Origin: Bacteroidia bacterium
Lineage (GTDB): Bacteria; Bacteroidota; Bacteroidia; AKYH767-A; OLB10
DNA: 64,000 nt
Reading direction: 5' to 3'
Assembly: GCA_037045145.1 (NCBI GenBank)
Contig: JBAOIA010000012.1
Location: forward strand, 235,210 to 299,209
The notes beneath the pieces were generated by a model. It worked only from the letters and a program-made list of their open reading frames with translations, ran no database searches and was not told the DNA's origin. Positions 20,272 to 28,809 of the stretch are shown one piece after another (the stretch's first letter is position 1; the number at the start of each line of letters is the position of its first letter). The position numbers were made by a program, and so were the translations under genes.

Positions 20272-21483
20272 CTATTCCATTGGAACCAACGTATAATCTT
20301 TGATTTCAATAAGATTTATCCCTTGATTTTCTTTGATGCCATTGGCAGCATCTTTGACAAATTTAATCTTTAACGTAGGCAAATAATTAGATTTAAATGT
20401 GCCATGTGCAGCATTTGATTTCACATACTCCATCACGGCTTCGTAGCCCTGAAAAGCAGCTAATAAAGGCTCGGTTTTGTAATGATTAATAAAACTGTTT
20501 CTAAAACTCTTGGTTGAAGCGGCATGGTAATCTAAATATGTTGATGTAAAAAAAGTAATTCGCAAATTTTTAAGAATATTAAAATCTATACTCTCAAAAT
20601 TTTCCCAGGTAGGAAGGCCAAAGGCAAATGCAGGTTTTTCTATACATTCATTTACCTGATTGAGTATGGTATTGACATAGGCTTCGGCAGACGAGGCTAT
20701 AATCAAAACAGCGTTTTCTGATTTTAATATTTTACAAACAGAATCCGGATAAAAATTACTGGTTATAAAATGCTTCAGTTGCTTTGCGGGTAAATTCTCT
20801 TTAAAAATCTGTGCTATGTCTTTATCCGGTTTTACATCACGGGCAAGTAAAATAAATTTGGAATCGGGAAATCGAGCTGCAATTTCTTTAGCTGCCACCA
20901 TGCACTGTGTATGGGTTGAAGGCGAAAGCATATAAACATGCTCGTTAGATGTTTTAAAATTGGTGTTTGAAGCTTGTGTAAGAATCAAACTTTGTTTGTT
21001 GTTGAAACTCAGACGAGCAACTGCCGGAATATAAGACGATGGAACAGACGCTATTACAGCCTCGCACTTAACAAAATTGTTTTGCCGCCACAATCGCCAA
21101 AGAGCAAAACTATCTGCAGGGGTTTCTGCAATGTGTAAATTAACATTGATTCCTAAATATTTTAAACTGTCTGCTGCCAGCAATGCACCTTCTGCAAACT
21201 GCAGGGTGCTCAAATTATTATAATCCGGTGTGGCATTTCCTGATGTATCATCAAACATTTGTATTTGCTGTTGCAGATTTAATGGTAACATCAATCCAAT
21301 ATTGATATCTTTTTTCTCAGGTTTTTCATGTACTACTTCAGTTTTTTTAACCGGTTGCTCTACCTGCTTGGGTGTGGGTGCCGGTGGTGGCGGTTGTGTA
21401 GTTTTTCTACTGCTACTGCAGCCTGCCAGCAACATCACTGCCAGTGCACAACTCAAATACTTTTTGCTGCTTCTAAAATTCAT
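20272..21483 (-). CDS. lipoprotein with type-1 periplasmic-binding-protein-like fold (substrate-binding-like)
   Basis: The start is moved to MNFRSSKKYLSCALAVMLLAGCSS, 4 nt after the guaA stop. There is a P/Q-rich linker, and the overall pattern resembles LivK-like PBP1 proteins. The functional call is weak. Confidence 0.4.
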   Translation of the reverse strand: MNFRSSKKYLSCALAVMLLAGCSSSRKTTQPPPPAPTPKQVEQPVKKTEVVHEKPEKKDINIGLMLPLNLQQQIQMFDDTSGNATPDYNNLSTLQFAEGALLAADSLKYLGINVNLHIAETPADSFALWRLWRQNNFVKCEAVIASVPSSYIPAVARLSFNNKQSLILTQASNTNFKTSNEHVYMLSPSTHTQCMVAAKEIAARFPDSKFILLARDVKPDKDIAQIFKENLPAKQLKHFITSNFYPDSVCKILKSENAVLIIASSAEAYVNTILNQVNECIEKPAFAFGLPTWENFESIDFNILKNLRITFFTSTYLDYHAASTKSFRNSFINHYKTEPLLAAFQGYEAVMEYVKSNAAHGTFKSNYLPTLKIKFVKDAANGIKENQGINLIEIKDYTLVPME

Positions 21484-21487
21484 AACC

Positions 21488-23014
21488 CTACTCCCATTCA
21501 ATTGTTGCAGGTGGCTTTGAACTGATGTCATAAACAACCCTGTTTATTCCTTTTACCTTATTGATAATTTCGTTGGAAACAATACTTAAAAACTCGTATG
21601 GTAAATGAGCCCAGTCAGCAGTCATACCATCGGTACTGGTAACTGCTCTGATGCAGATAGCATTTTCATAAGTACGCTCATCGCCCATCACGCCAACAGA
21701 ATTAACCGGCAGAAAAATAGTCCCTGCCTGCCACACTTTTTGATAGAGATTGTGCTTTTGCAATAAGGAAATAAAAACATGATCGGCTTCCTGCAGCATC
21801 CTTACTTTCTCTGCACTAATTTCCCCCAATATTCTAATGCCTAATCCGGGACCGGGAAATGGATGACGGTTCAACAACTCTTCTTTTAATCCCATCTCCT
21901 TACCTACTTTTCTTACTTCATCTTTAAAAAGCGACCGTAATGGTTCCACAATTTGAAGATTCATTTTTTCCGGAAGCCCACCAACATTGTGATGCGACTT
22001 AATGGTTGCAGAAGGGCCTTTTACAGAAACCGACTCAATTACATCAGGATAAATAGTGCCTTGTGCAAGCCACCGAACATCAGATATAAGATGTGCTTCT
22101 TTATCAAAAACTTCAATAAATACCCTGCCAATGGTTTTTCTCTTCTGTTCAGGATCTGATATATTTTTTAATGCATCATAAAAAACAGAAGCTGCATCTA
22201 CACATTTAATATTCAACCCCAATGGCTTGAAAACTTCCATCACATGTTGTGCTTCGTTTTTACGAAGCAGACCATTATCAATAAAAATACAATAGAGGTT
22301 TTTTCCGATTGCTTTATGAAGAAGTAATGCAGCCACACTTGAATCAACACCGCCTGAAAGTCCAAGAATTACTTTATCGTTTTTTAACTTCATTTGTAAA
22401 TGAGCAACAGTTTCATCTACGAATGAGGATGGTGTCCAGTCACCCCTGCAGCCACAAATATTATAAACAAAGTTAGCCAACATTTTCTTGCCCTCTTTGC
22501 TATGATACACTTCCGGATGAAACTGAAAGCCATAAACAGCCAAATGCTTATGTCTGAAAGCAGCTACGGCAACATCGTCAGTTTGTGCTATAACTTCAAA
22601 ATCATTACCCGCATTACGAATGGTGTCGGCATGCGACATCCATACTTGACTGTTGTCATTTACATCATTAAAAATATCATCATCAAAATTAATTTTAAGA
22701 ATGGCACGTCCATATTCTCTGATTTTTGATGCCACCACCTCGCCTTGATTTTGATGGGCCAGCATTTGTGCTCCATAGCACAGACCTAACACAGGTGTTT
22801 TACCGAAAAAACTTTTTGTATCAAAAAATGGTGCCTGTGTGTCGCGCACAGAGAAAGGGCTCCCTGAAAAAATAACTCCTTTAATGGTATCACTTATTTC
22901 AGGCAGGTGGTTATAAGGATGTATCTCGCAATAAACATTTAGCTCACGAAGCCTTCTGGCAATAAGTTGTGTGTATTGTGAGCCAAAGTCAATGATTAGT
23001 ATAGTTTGGTGCAT
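21488..23014 (-). CDS. guaA: glutamine-hydrolysing GMP synthase
   Basis: GATase domain (CYGAQ), the SGGVDSSV P-loop and the C-terminal PPATIEWE. The ATG at 23014 ([13 protein letters not shown]) is preferred over the TTG at 23020. Confidence 0.93.
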   Translation of the reverse strand: MHQTILIIDFGSQYTQLIARRLRELNVYCEIHPYNHLPEISDTIKGVIFSGSPFSVRDTQAPFFDTKSFFGKTPVLGLCYGAQMLAHQNQGEVVASKIREYGRAILKINFDDDIFNDVNDNSQVWMSHADTIRNAGNDFEVIAQTDDVAVAAFRHKHLAVYGFQFHPEVYHSKEGKKMLANFVYNICGCRGDWTPSSFVDETVAHLQMKLKNDKVILGLSGGVDSSVAALLLHKAIGKNLYCIFIDNGLLRKNEAQHVMEVFKPLGLNIKCVDAASVFYDALKNISDPEQKRKTIGRVFIEVFDKEAHLISDVRWLAQGTIYPDVIESVSVKGPSATIKSHHNVGGLPEKMNLQIVEPLRSLFKDEVRKVGKEMGLKEELLNRHPFPGPGLGIRILGEISAEKVRMLQEADHVFISLLQKHNLYQKVWQAGTIFLPVNSVGVMGDERTYENAICIRAVTSTDGMTADWAHLPYEFLSIVSNEIINKVKGINRVVYDISSKPPATIEWE

Positions 23015-23106
23015 GGGCAAATGTAAGGAGAAAAGCAGAAACCTAAGTCAATAGTTTTTTTTACCTGCATGTTTAGTTAATTATCTTTGCCGAAATTTTT
23101 TTAAGA

Positions 23107-25044
23107 ATGAAAATTACTTTTCCGGATAAAAACGTCAGAGAATATCCTGACGGAACCACTGCAATGGAAATAGCTAAGAGCATTAGCGAAGGGCTTGCAC
23201 GCAACGTACTTGCAGCAAAAATTAATGGTCAGGTATCAGACCTTTCCAGACCTATAAACAGTGATGCAGCATTGGAATTACTGACATGGGATAGTCAGGA
23301 TGGTAAAAATACTATGTGGCATTCATCGGCACATCTGATGGCCGAAGCTTTGGAGTTTTATTTTCCGGGAATCAAATTCTGGGTTGGACCTCCTGTAGAA
23401 AATGGTTTTTACTACGATGTGGACTTAGGTGGCAAACAAATTTCAAGTGATGACTTCAAGAAAATTGAAGATAAAATGATTGAGCTTGCCAGAAAAAATA
23501 ATGTCTTTATCAGAAAAGAGGTTCCCAAACAAGAAGCCATTGCATATTTCACAGATAAAAATGACGAATACAAATTAGACCTCTTACAAAACCTCGAAGA
23601 CGGAAACATTACGTTCTACACTCAGGGAGGTTTTACTGACTTATGTCGCGGGCCGCATATTCCACATACCGGTTATATTAAAGCCGTTAAGTTGATGAAC
23701 CTTGCCGGTGCCTACTGGAAAGGCGATGAAAAGAACAAACAGCTGACACGTATTTATGGCATTACTTTTCCAAAGCAGAAAGAGTTGGACGAATATTTAG
23801 CCATGCTGGAGGAAGCCAAAAAGCGCGACCACCGTAAGTTAGGCAAAGAGCTCGAAATATTTATGTTTGATGACGAGGTTGGCCCCGGTCTGCCGCTATG
23901 GCTGCCGAATGGAGGTGTTTTAATAGAGCAATTAGAAAATCTTGCAAAACGTACAGAAAATGAAGCCGGCTACAAGCGTGTCCGCACCCCTCATTTGGCT
24001 AAGGAAAGCATGTATCTGACTACAGGACACCTTCCATATTATGCAGAAAGCATGTTTCCGCCAATGGAAATGGATGGAGAAAAGTACTACCTGAAACCCA
24101 TGAACTGTCCACATCACCACAAAATTTTCGGGAATCTTAATGCCAGCTATCGCGATTTACCCATTAGACTGGCTGAATATGGAACTTGCTACCGCTACGA
24201 ACAATCGGGTGAGCTATTTGGACTGATGCGTGTACGCTGCCTTCAGATGAATGATGCTCACATTTATTGTACAGAAGAACAGTTTGCATCTGAGTTTAAG
24301 GCAGTTAACGACATGTACTTAAAGTATTTTAAAATCTTCGGAATCGAAAAATACATCATGCGTTTTTCTACCCACTCACCTGAAAAATTAGGAAAAAAAT
24401 ATGTAAACGAGCCTGAACTTTGGCTCAAAACCGAAGATATGGTAAGACGTGTATTAATTGAATCAAACATACCCTACGTTGAAGTACCTGACGAAAGTGC
24501 TTTTTATGGCCCTAAGATAGATGTACAGGTGTGGAGTGCCATTGGTCGTGAGTTTACATTAGCCACCAATCAGGTTGACTTTGCTGTACCTGCACGCTTT
24601 GGACTCACCTACCGCGATACCGACAATACCATGAAAACACCGCTTTGCATACACCGTGCGCCCTTAGGTACGCACGAGCGCTTTATCGGATTTTTGATTG
24701 AGCATTATGCAGGTAATTTCCCTTTGTGGCTTGCACCTATGCAAGTAGCCATACTGCCCATCAGTGAAAAGTTTAATGATTTTGCAAAATCTGTTTCACA
24801 GTTACTAAATAATTACGATATTCGCGCCCTCGTTGACGAAAGGGGGGAAAAAATTGGCAGAAAAATCAGGGATGCAGAGGTAAAAAAAGTGCCTTTTATG
24901 CTGATTGTGGGAGAGAAAGAAATGAATGAGCAGCAGGTTTCGGTACGTAAACACGGAGAAGGAGATAAAGGTAGCATGACACCTGAAGCATTTTGCCAAT
25001 TAGTGAAAAAGGAAATTGAAAATCAATTATTAATAAACCAGTAA
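23107..25044 (+). CDS. thrS: threonine-tRNA ligase
   Basis: 645 aa with a TGS domain, class II motifs (RVRCLQMNDAHIY, HRAPLGTHERFIGFLIEHY) and an anticodon-binding C-terminus. Confidence 0.93.
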   Translation: MKITFPDKNVREYPDGTTAMEIAKSISEGLARNVLAAKINGQVSDLSRPINSDAALELLTWDSQDGKNTMWHSSAHLMAEALEFYFPGIKFWVGPPVENGFYYDVDLGGKQISSDDFKKIEDKMIELARKNNVFIRKEVPKQEAIAYFTDKNDEYKLDLLQNLEDGNITFYTQGGFTDLCRGPHIPHTGYIKAVKLMNLAGAYWKGDEKNKQLTRIYGITFPKQKELDEYLAMLEEAKKRDHRKLGKELEIFMFDDEVGPGLPLWLPNGGVLIEQLENLAKRTENEAGYKRVRTPHLAKESMYLTTGHLPYYAESMFPPMEMDGEKYYLKPMNCPHHHKIFGNLNASYRDLPIRLAEYGTCYRYEQSGELFGLMRVRCLQMNDAHIYCTEEQFASEFKAVNDMYLKYFKIFGIEKYIMRFSTHSPEKLGKKYVNEPELWLKTEDMVRRVLIESNIPYVEVPDESAFYGPKIDVQVWSAIGREFTLATNQVDFAVPARFGLTYRDTDNTMKTPLCIHRAPLGTHERFIGFLIEHYAGNFPLWLAPMQVAILPISEKFNDFAKSVSQLLNNYDIRALVDERGEKIGRKIRDAEVKKVPFMLIVGEKEMNEQQVSVRKHGEGDKGSMTPEAFCQLVKKEIENQLLINQ

Positions 25045-25119
25045 AAAGGAGGCTATATAGCAACATTTAACAAACCAGGTTCACCCAAGCCGCCAGGCGG
25101 TCGTTTTCAAGACAGACGA

Positions 25120-25647
25120 TTGCCCCGGCCTAAAGTAGAGGAGCACCGTATTAACGGACGAATTCACGCACCACAAGTAAGATTAGTTGGTGATAATGTA
25201 GAACCCCAAATATATGACACCCAGACTGCGTTGAACATGGCACAGGATATGGGGCTTGATTTGGTAGAAATATCAAATACCAGCACACCACCGGTTTGTA
25301 AAATAGTTGACTATCAAAAATTTCTTTACGAAAGAAAGAAAAAAGACAAAGAGCAAAAAGCAAAAGCAGCGAAGTCTGTCGTAAAGGAAATACGCTTCGG
25401 GCCCAATACCGATGAACATGACTTTAATTTCAAATTAAAACATGCCATCAAATTCCTTGAAGAGGGAGCAAAAGTTAAAGCTTATGTTCACTTTAAAGGA
25501 CGAAGCATAGCTTATAAAGAAAAAGGAGAAATTATCCTCCTGAAGTTTGCGCAGGAGTTGGAGCAATATGCAAAGGTTGAAATGCTTCCGAAATTAGAAG
25601 GCAACCGCATGTTTCTGCACCTGGCACCACTTGCAAAGAAGAAGTAA
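25120..25647 (+). CDS. infC: translation initiation factor IF-3 (non-ATG start; frame open back to 25045, possible ATA start at 25057)
   Basis: [18 protein letters not shown]..., ...[32 protein letters not shown]. No in-frame ATG precedes the conserved core. Confidence 0.85.
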   Translation: MPRPKVEEHRINGRIHAPQVRLVGDNVEPQIYDTQTALNMAQDMGLDLVEISNTSTPPVCKIVDYQKFLYERKKKDKEQKAKAAKSVVKEIRFGPNTDEHDFNFKLKHAIKFLEEGAKVKAYVHFKGRSIAYKEKGEIILLKFAQELEQYAKVEMLPKLEGNRMFLHLAPLAKKK

Positions 25648-25681
25648 ATAAAATAATAAACAAATAAAAATTAGAAGCATC

Positions 25682-25879
25682 ATGCCGAAAATGAAAAGAA
25701 ACTCCAGTGCAAAGAAAAGATTCAGTGTTACTGGAACGGGTAAAATAAAAAGAAAACATGCTTTCAAAAGCCATATCCTTACCAAGAAGTCAACTAAGCG
25801 CAAGCGTGCATTAACCAATGCAGCCATCGTTCATAAGTCTGACGAGTTTAACGTAAAAAGAATGCTTTCAATAGCATAA
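25682..25879 (+). CDS. rpmI: 50S ribosomal protein L35
   Basis: 65 aa, [14 protein letters not shown]. Confidence 0.92.
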   Translation: MPKMKRNSSAKKRFSVTGTGKIKRKHAFKSHILTKKSTKRKRALTNAAIVHKSDEFNVKRMLSIA

Positions 25880-25962
25880 AAAATATTATTCAATTAAGTT
25901 TAACCAGGTAATTAGCATCAAGATTCCGCAAGGCGGAGCGCTAACACCAAAAATTAAAACAC

Positions 25963-26307
25963 ATGCCACGTTCGGTAAATTCAGTAGCATCAAGAGCAAG
26001 ACGTAAAAAACTGCTCAACCGCGCCAAAGGAAATTGGGGCGCAAGAGGTAACGTATTAACCGTTGCCAAACACACCGTAGAAAAAGGTTTGCAATATGCC
26101 TACCGCGACCGTAAAACAAAGAAACGCAACTTTCGCGGCTTATGGATTCAGCGTATTAATGCTGAGGTAAGAAACTATGATATGTCTTACAGCGAGTTTA
26201 TGGGTAAACTGCATAAAGCAGGAAACCAACTTAACCGCAAAGTTCTTGCCGACCTTGCACTTAACAATCCGGACGCTTTTAAAGCAATTGTTGAGTCGGT
26301 AAAGTAA
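25963..26307 (+). CDS. rplT: 50S ribosomal protein L20
   Basis: 114 aa, [16 protein letters not shown]...AYRDRK. Confidence 0.92.
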   Translation: MPRSVNSVASRARRKKLLNRAKGNWGARGNVLTVAKHTVEKGLQYAYRDRKTKKRNFRGLWIQRINAEVRNYDMSYSEFMGKLHKAGNQLNRKVLADLALNNPDAFKAIVESVK

Positions 26308-26330
26308 ACCTACTTTAAAATAATTAAAAG

Positions 26331-26370
26331 AGGCTGTTTCAAAACAATAAATTGAGGCAGCCTTTTTTTA
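26331..26370 (+). terminator. intrinsic terminator after rplT
   Basis: AGGCTG (26331-26336) pairs with CAGCCT (26358-26363) and is followed by TTTTTTT. Confidence 0.55.
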
Positions 26371-26478
26371 TACGCTGCTTTATAGAGGCAGATGATTAAA
26401 AAGAAATCGAGTTTTATTTTTATTTCTGAGGGACGTTATGGTGTATTAGGAGATGTTTTTAATGATTATGACATCCTT

Positions 26479-26515
26479 CCCCGTACCTGCGAAGCTGTGC
26501 TTCGTGGGGTTTGTG
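26479..26515. repeat. REP-like hairpin, left arm of RAYT unit 1
   Basis: CCCCGTACCTGCGAAGCTGTGCTTCGTGGGGTTTGTG. A second related hairpin, GGAAGC-TGC-GCTTCC, follows at 26518-26532. Confidence 0.7.
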
Positions 26516-26545
26516 CAGGGAAGCTGCGCTTCCGATAAAAAACAC

Positions 26546-27076
26546 TTACATACTTAACACCTTAATCGGGCTGTTTTCGTTTGCGATGCTTAACCTCCAT
26601 AAATGCGGTTCATCAACAAAACCTGCTTCAACAGGATTACGATGTATGTAATCAACCTTTTGGTCTATGATGCGGTTAGAGTATAATTCAAATGCGTGAT
26701 TATCGTGTTGCCAAAACTGTTTTTCCTGTTTATGTGATGATAGTCTGCCATAAAACTTAAATTCTTTCATCAACCATTCGCGCCTGCTTTCCAGCATATT
26801 TTCTTCTATAGACTGCATTATCGTTTTAGCGGTAAAAGATTTCATATCACGCATTAAATCATTTAAAGTTCCTTCTTCTCTTGATGCAATTATGTGAACA
26901 TGGCTTGGCATGATGCAGTAGCAATATAGTTGCAGCCCTTTGTTTTTTTGGCAGTAAATAATACTGTCTGTAACTATATCCTGATACAATCGCCTTGTGA
27001 AAATATCAACCCAGCCAATGGTTGTAATTGTTACAAAATATAAACCGCCCGGAAAAGTTTTATAAACTTCAGACAT
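26546..27076 (-). CDS. REP-associated tyrosine transposase (RAYT; IS200/IS605-like Y1 HUH transposase)
   Basis: HUH motif SHVHIIA and the catalytic-Tyr helix VDYIHRNPVEAGFV. The start is taken at MSEVYKTFPGGLYFVT. Confidence 0.8.
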   Translation of the reverse strand: MSEVYKTFPGGLYFVTITTIGWVDIFTRRLYQDIVTDSIIYCQKNKGLQLYCYCIMPSHVHIIASREEGTLNDLMRDMKSFTAKTIMQSIEENMLESRREWLMKEFKFYGRLSSHKQEKQFWQHDNHAFELYSNRIIDQKVDYIHRNPVEAGFVDEPHLWRLSIANENSPIKVLSM

Positions 27077-27144
27077 TTGTTGTTTGCATATATGCAAAAA
27101 TGATAATTTTTAGATCAGTATATGATTGAAGTAAAACTTCCAAA

Positions 27145-27181
27145 CACAAAACCCACGAAGCACAGCTTCGCGGGTACGGGG
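27145..27181. repeat. REP-like hairpin, right arm of RAYT unit 1
   Basis: CACAAAACCCACGAAGCACAGCTTCGCGGGTACGGGG, the inverted copy of 26479-26515. Confidence 0.7.
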
Positions 27182-27212
27182 ATGCTGCGCTTATGAATTT
27201 GAGTAATTTCAT
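27182..27212 (-). pseudogene. 31-nt stump of a sixth paralog (start codon plus about 10 codons, MKLLKFISAA..)
   Basis: The segment 27182-27240 parallels the junctions at 30238-30295 and 31795-31852. It has the same 12-nt spacer, the same upstream CTD end, and ATGCTGCGCTTAT identical to the ATG-proximal arm of the SP-2 palindrome. The gene stops abruptly at REP1-R. Confidence 0.7.
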
Positions 27213-27225
27213 TTTACAACAAAAG

Positions 27226-28809
27226 TTATTCAACTATAAATTTCTTTACCAATCTTTCTTTTTCTGTTTGCAACGAAACAATGTACATGCCTTTTGCAAG
27301 TGCGCTGCAATTAATATCCTGTGTAAAATAACCTCCTGCGCTACCCCCAACCCCTGAAGGGGAGAGCCTACGCGCAGTGTTATAAATTAGATTGCCTGTA
27401 ACATCGTATATGGTTAGCGTTATACTTTTTCCTTTTAAATGCTGCGCATTTACAAACAGCTTTTGCCATGAAGCTATGTAGGTAACAAACAACTCCGCTC
27501 CCTTTGCTGATGTTGCAAGAGGTGCTATACCTGTTAGTGTATCACACGCACTACCTGCTATTGCTCCAAGTTCATAATTCGGATTATTAGGCAAGCCCAA
27601 GTATGTTCTCTTACCGCCAAGATAAAAACTGTAAGGCTGAAAATCACATGCCGAACCTAAACTATCAGGCTGGTTTATTACTGACAAGTTCATATTGTAC
27701 ATATTATAGACAGTATCAGGGTATGGGTAAGGAAACATAATTCCATTGTTGTACCAACATGCCAAATAAATTTTGCCATCGGATGCAAGTTTTAAACCAC
27801 CCCCAGCATAATTTGGAAAAGTCAACGCCCACAACGTATCCTTAGTAAGCGAAATATTCGCTGCGTTTAAATCATATTGAAATAAGTAAGTAGTATTTGG
27901 AGATGCGGTTACATACAACTTACTTTCATCGGGTGAAAATTCACAACTCCATGTAAAAGGATAGGGTGGCATACCCGCATCAGGCTCTATAGTAACGGGA
28001 TTATTTAACAATCCTGTGCAACGGTCAAAATCATAAAGTTCTATTAAACCCAACCAATTGGTAAATACCAATTTTTCGCCATCAGGCGAAAAATTGGTAT
28101 GCGCTCCTCCTGTTCTGTTTTGCGAACCAACGGACTGAACGGATAAATTCTGAATTCCGTTAGGAGTTATTAAATAGCTGTACCAATCGTTATTTGAACT
28201 AAATGTGAGTGCATCTGATTTTCTGAATAATAACCACCAATCTCTTCCGTTGCCATGCTTAACAGCATTTAAGCAATCCACTTGTTCAAAGCTTTGCAGT
28301 TGAACATTTTTAACTGTTACAGCACCCAAGCCGTTATTCAATCGCATATCTATTACGCTATAAACAATACCAAATGTATCGGTAATACTTATTGAGAAAA
28401 GGTAATATGTGCTGTCATTTGCAGGATTTGGAATTATAACCAATTCCTGATACCACAACCTGCCTACAATAGAATCCCCATTAAGCATTATATCATGATT
28501 TCTATCAAAAACAAAAGTTGCCATCTCTGTATTAGAAGCATATGCACGCATAGTAGCCGCATAAAACAACAGTTGTCCATTACTATCCGCAATGCTTACA
28601 CAACTGCCTCTTCCGTCAACAGAAGAAGAAAAAGTTACAGGTATTCCGCTTGAAAAATCAATACCAGCACTATCACCAAAACACCATACCGAGTTCCTAT
28701 TTTGTGAAACGCAAAAAAAATGGCAGCAACAAAGTGTTGCTGCCATTATTAAACATTTTAAACTATTTAATAACCACAAACCGTTTTTTAAAATATTCGC
28801 CTGCTTCAT
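27226..28809 (-). CDS. paralog A: T9SS-sorted secreted beta-propeller-like protein (SP-1 signal, CTD variant alpha)
   Basis: Shares the family motifs SVWCFGDS, GRGSC.SI.D..G.LLFY, KHGNGRDWW, FSPDGEKL, YDFDRCTG and LKLA.DGKIYL. The C-terminal about 90 aa has a Por_Secre_tail-like pattern (ITLTIYD..G...INCSALAKGMYIVSLQTEKERLVKKFIVE). The start is uncertain: 28809 overlaps gene B, and the conserved ATG is at 28746. Confidence 0.75.
   Translation of the reverse strand: MKQANILKNGLWLLNSLKCLIMAATLCCCHFFCVSQNRNSVWCFGDSAGIDFSSGIPVTFSSSVDGRGSCVSIADSNGQLLFYAATMRAYASNTEMATFVFDRNHDIMLNGDSIVGRLWYQELVIIPNPANDSTYYLFSISITDTFGIVYSVIDMRLNNGLGAVTVKNVQLQSFEQVDCLNAVKHGNGRDWWLLFRKSDALTFSSNNDWYSYLITPNGIQNLSVQSVGSQNRTGGAHTNFSPDGEKLVFTNWLGLIELYDFDRCTGLLNNPVTIEPDAGMPPYPFTWSCEFSPDESKLYVTASPNTTYLFQYDLNAANISLTKDTLWALTFPNYAGGGLKLASDGKIYLACWYNNGIMFPYPYPDTVYNMYNMNLSVINQPDSLGSACDFQPYSFYLGGKRTYLGLPNNPNYELGAIAGSACDTLTGIAPLATSAKGAELFVTYIASWQKLFVNAQHLKGKSITLTIYDVTGNLIYNTARRLSPSGVGGSAGGYFTQDINCSALAKGMYIVSLQTEKERLVKKFIVE
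28720..28746. repeat. SP-1 perfect palindrome (12-bp arms, 3-nt loop) containing the start ATG of paralog A and followed by U8 on the mRNA
   Basis: ATGGCAGCAACA-AAG-TGTTGCTGCCAT on the plus strand, with A8 at 28713-20 whose last A (28720) is the first stem base, i.e. 7 A beyond the stem. Confidence 0.85.

Larger units (their letters stand above)
26479..27181 (-). mobile_element. RAYT unit 1: Y1/HUH transposase gene bracketed by inverted REP-like hairpin sequences
   Basis: The 37-nt ends at 26479-26515 and 27145-27181 are reverse complements apart from 2 mismatches. Each contains the hairpin CGAAGC-TGT-GCTTCG. The CDS lies between them. Confidence 0.75.

Noticed and set aside
23018-23025. CAAATGTA (a TAnnTTTG box on the minus strand) upstream of guaA.
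   Set aside because: It ends only 4 nt from the ATG at 23014, too close for a transcription start upstream of the start codon, so it is likely fortuitous.
26516-26535. GGGAAGCTGCGCTTCC inside RAYT unit 1 resembles GGGATGCTGCGCTTAT at the outer junction (27179-27194), which suggested a target-site duplication like the 36-bp repeat of unit 2.
   Set aside because: The left copy lies inside the REP arm rather than outside it. The match is only about 11-14 nt with mismatches, and the sequence is itself a hairpin related to the REP core, so I do not count it as a duplication.
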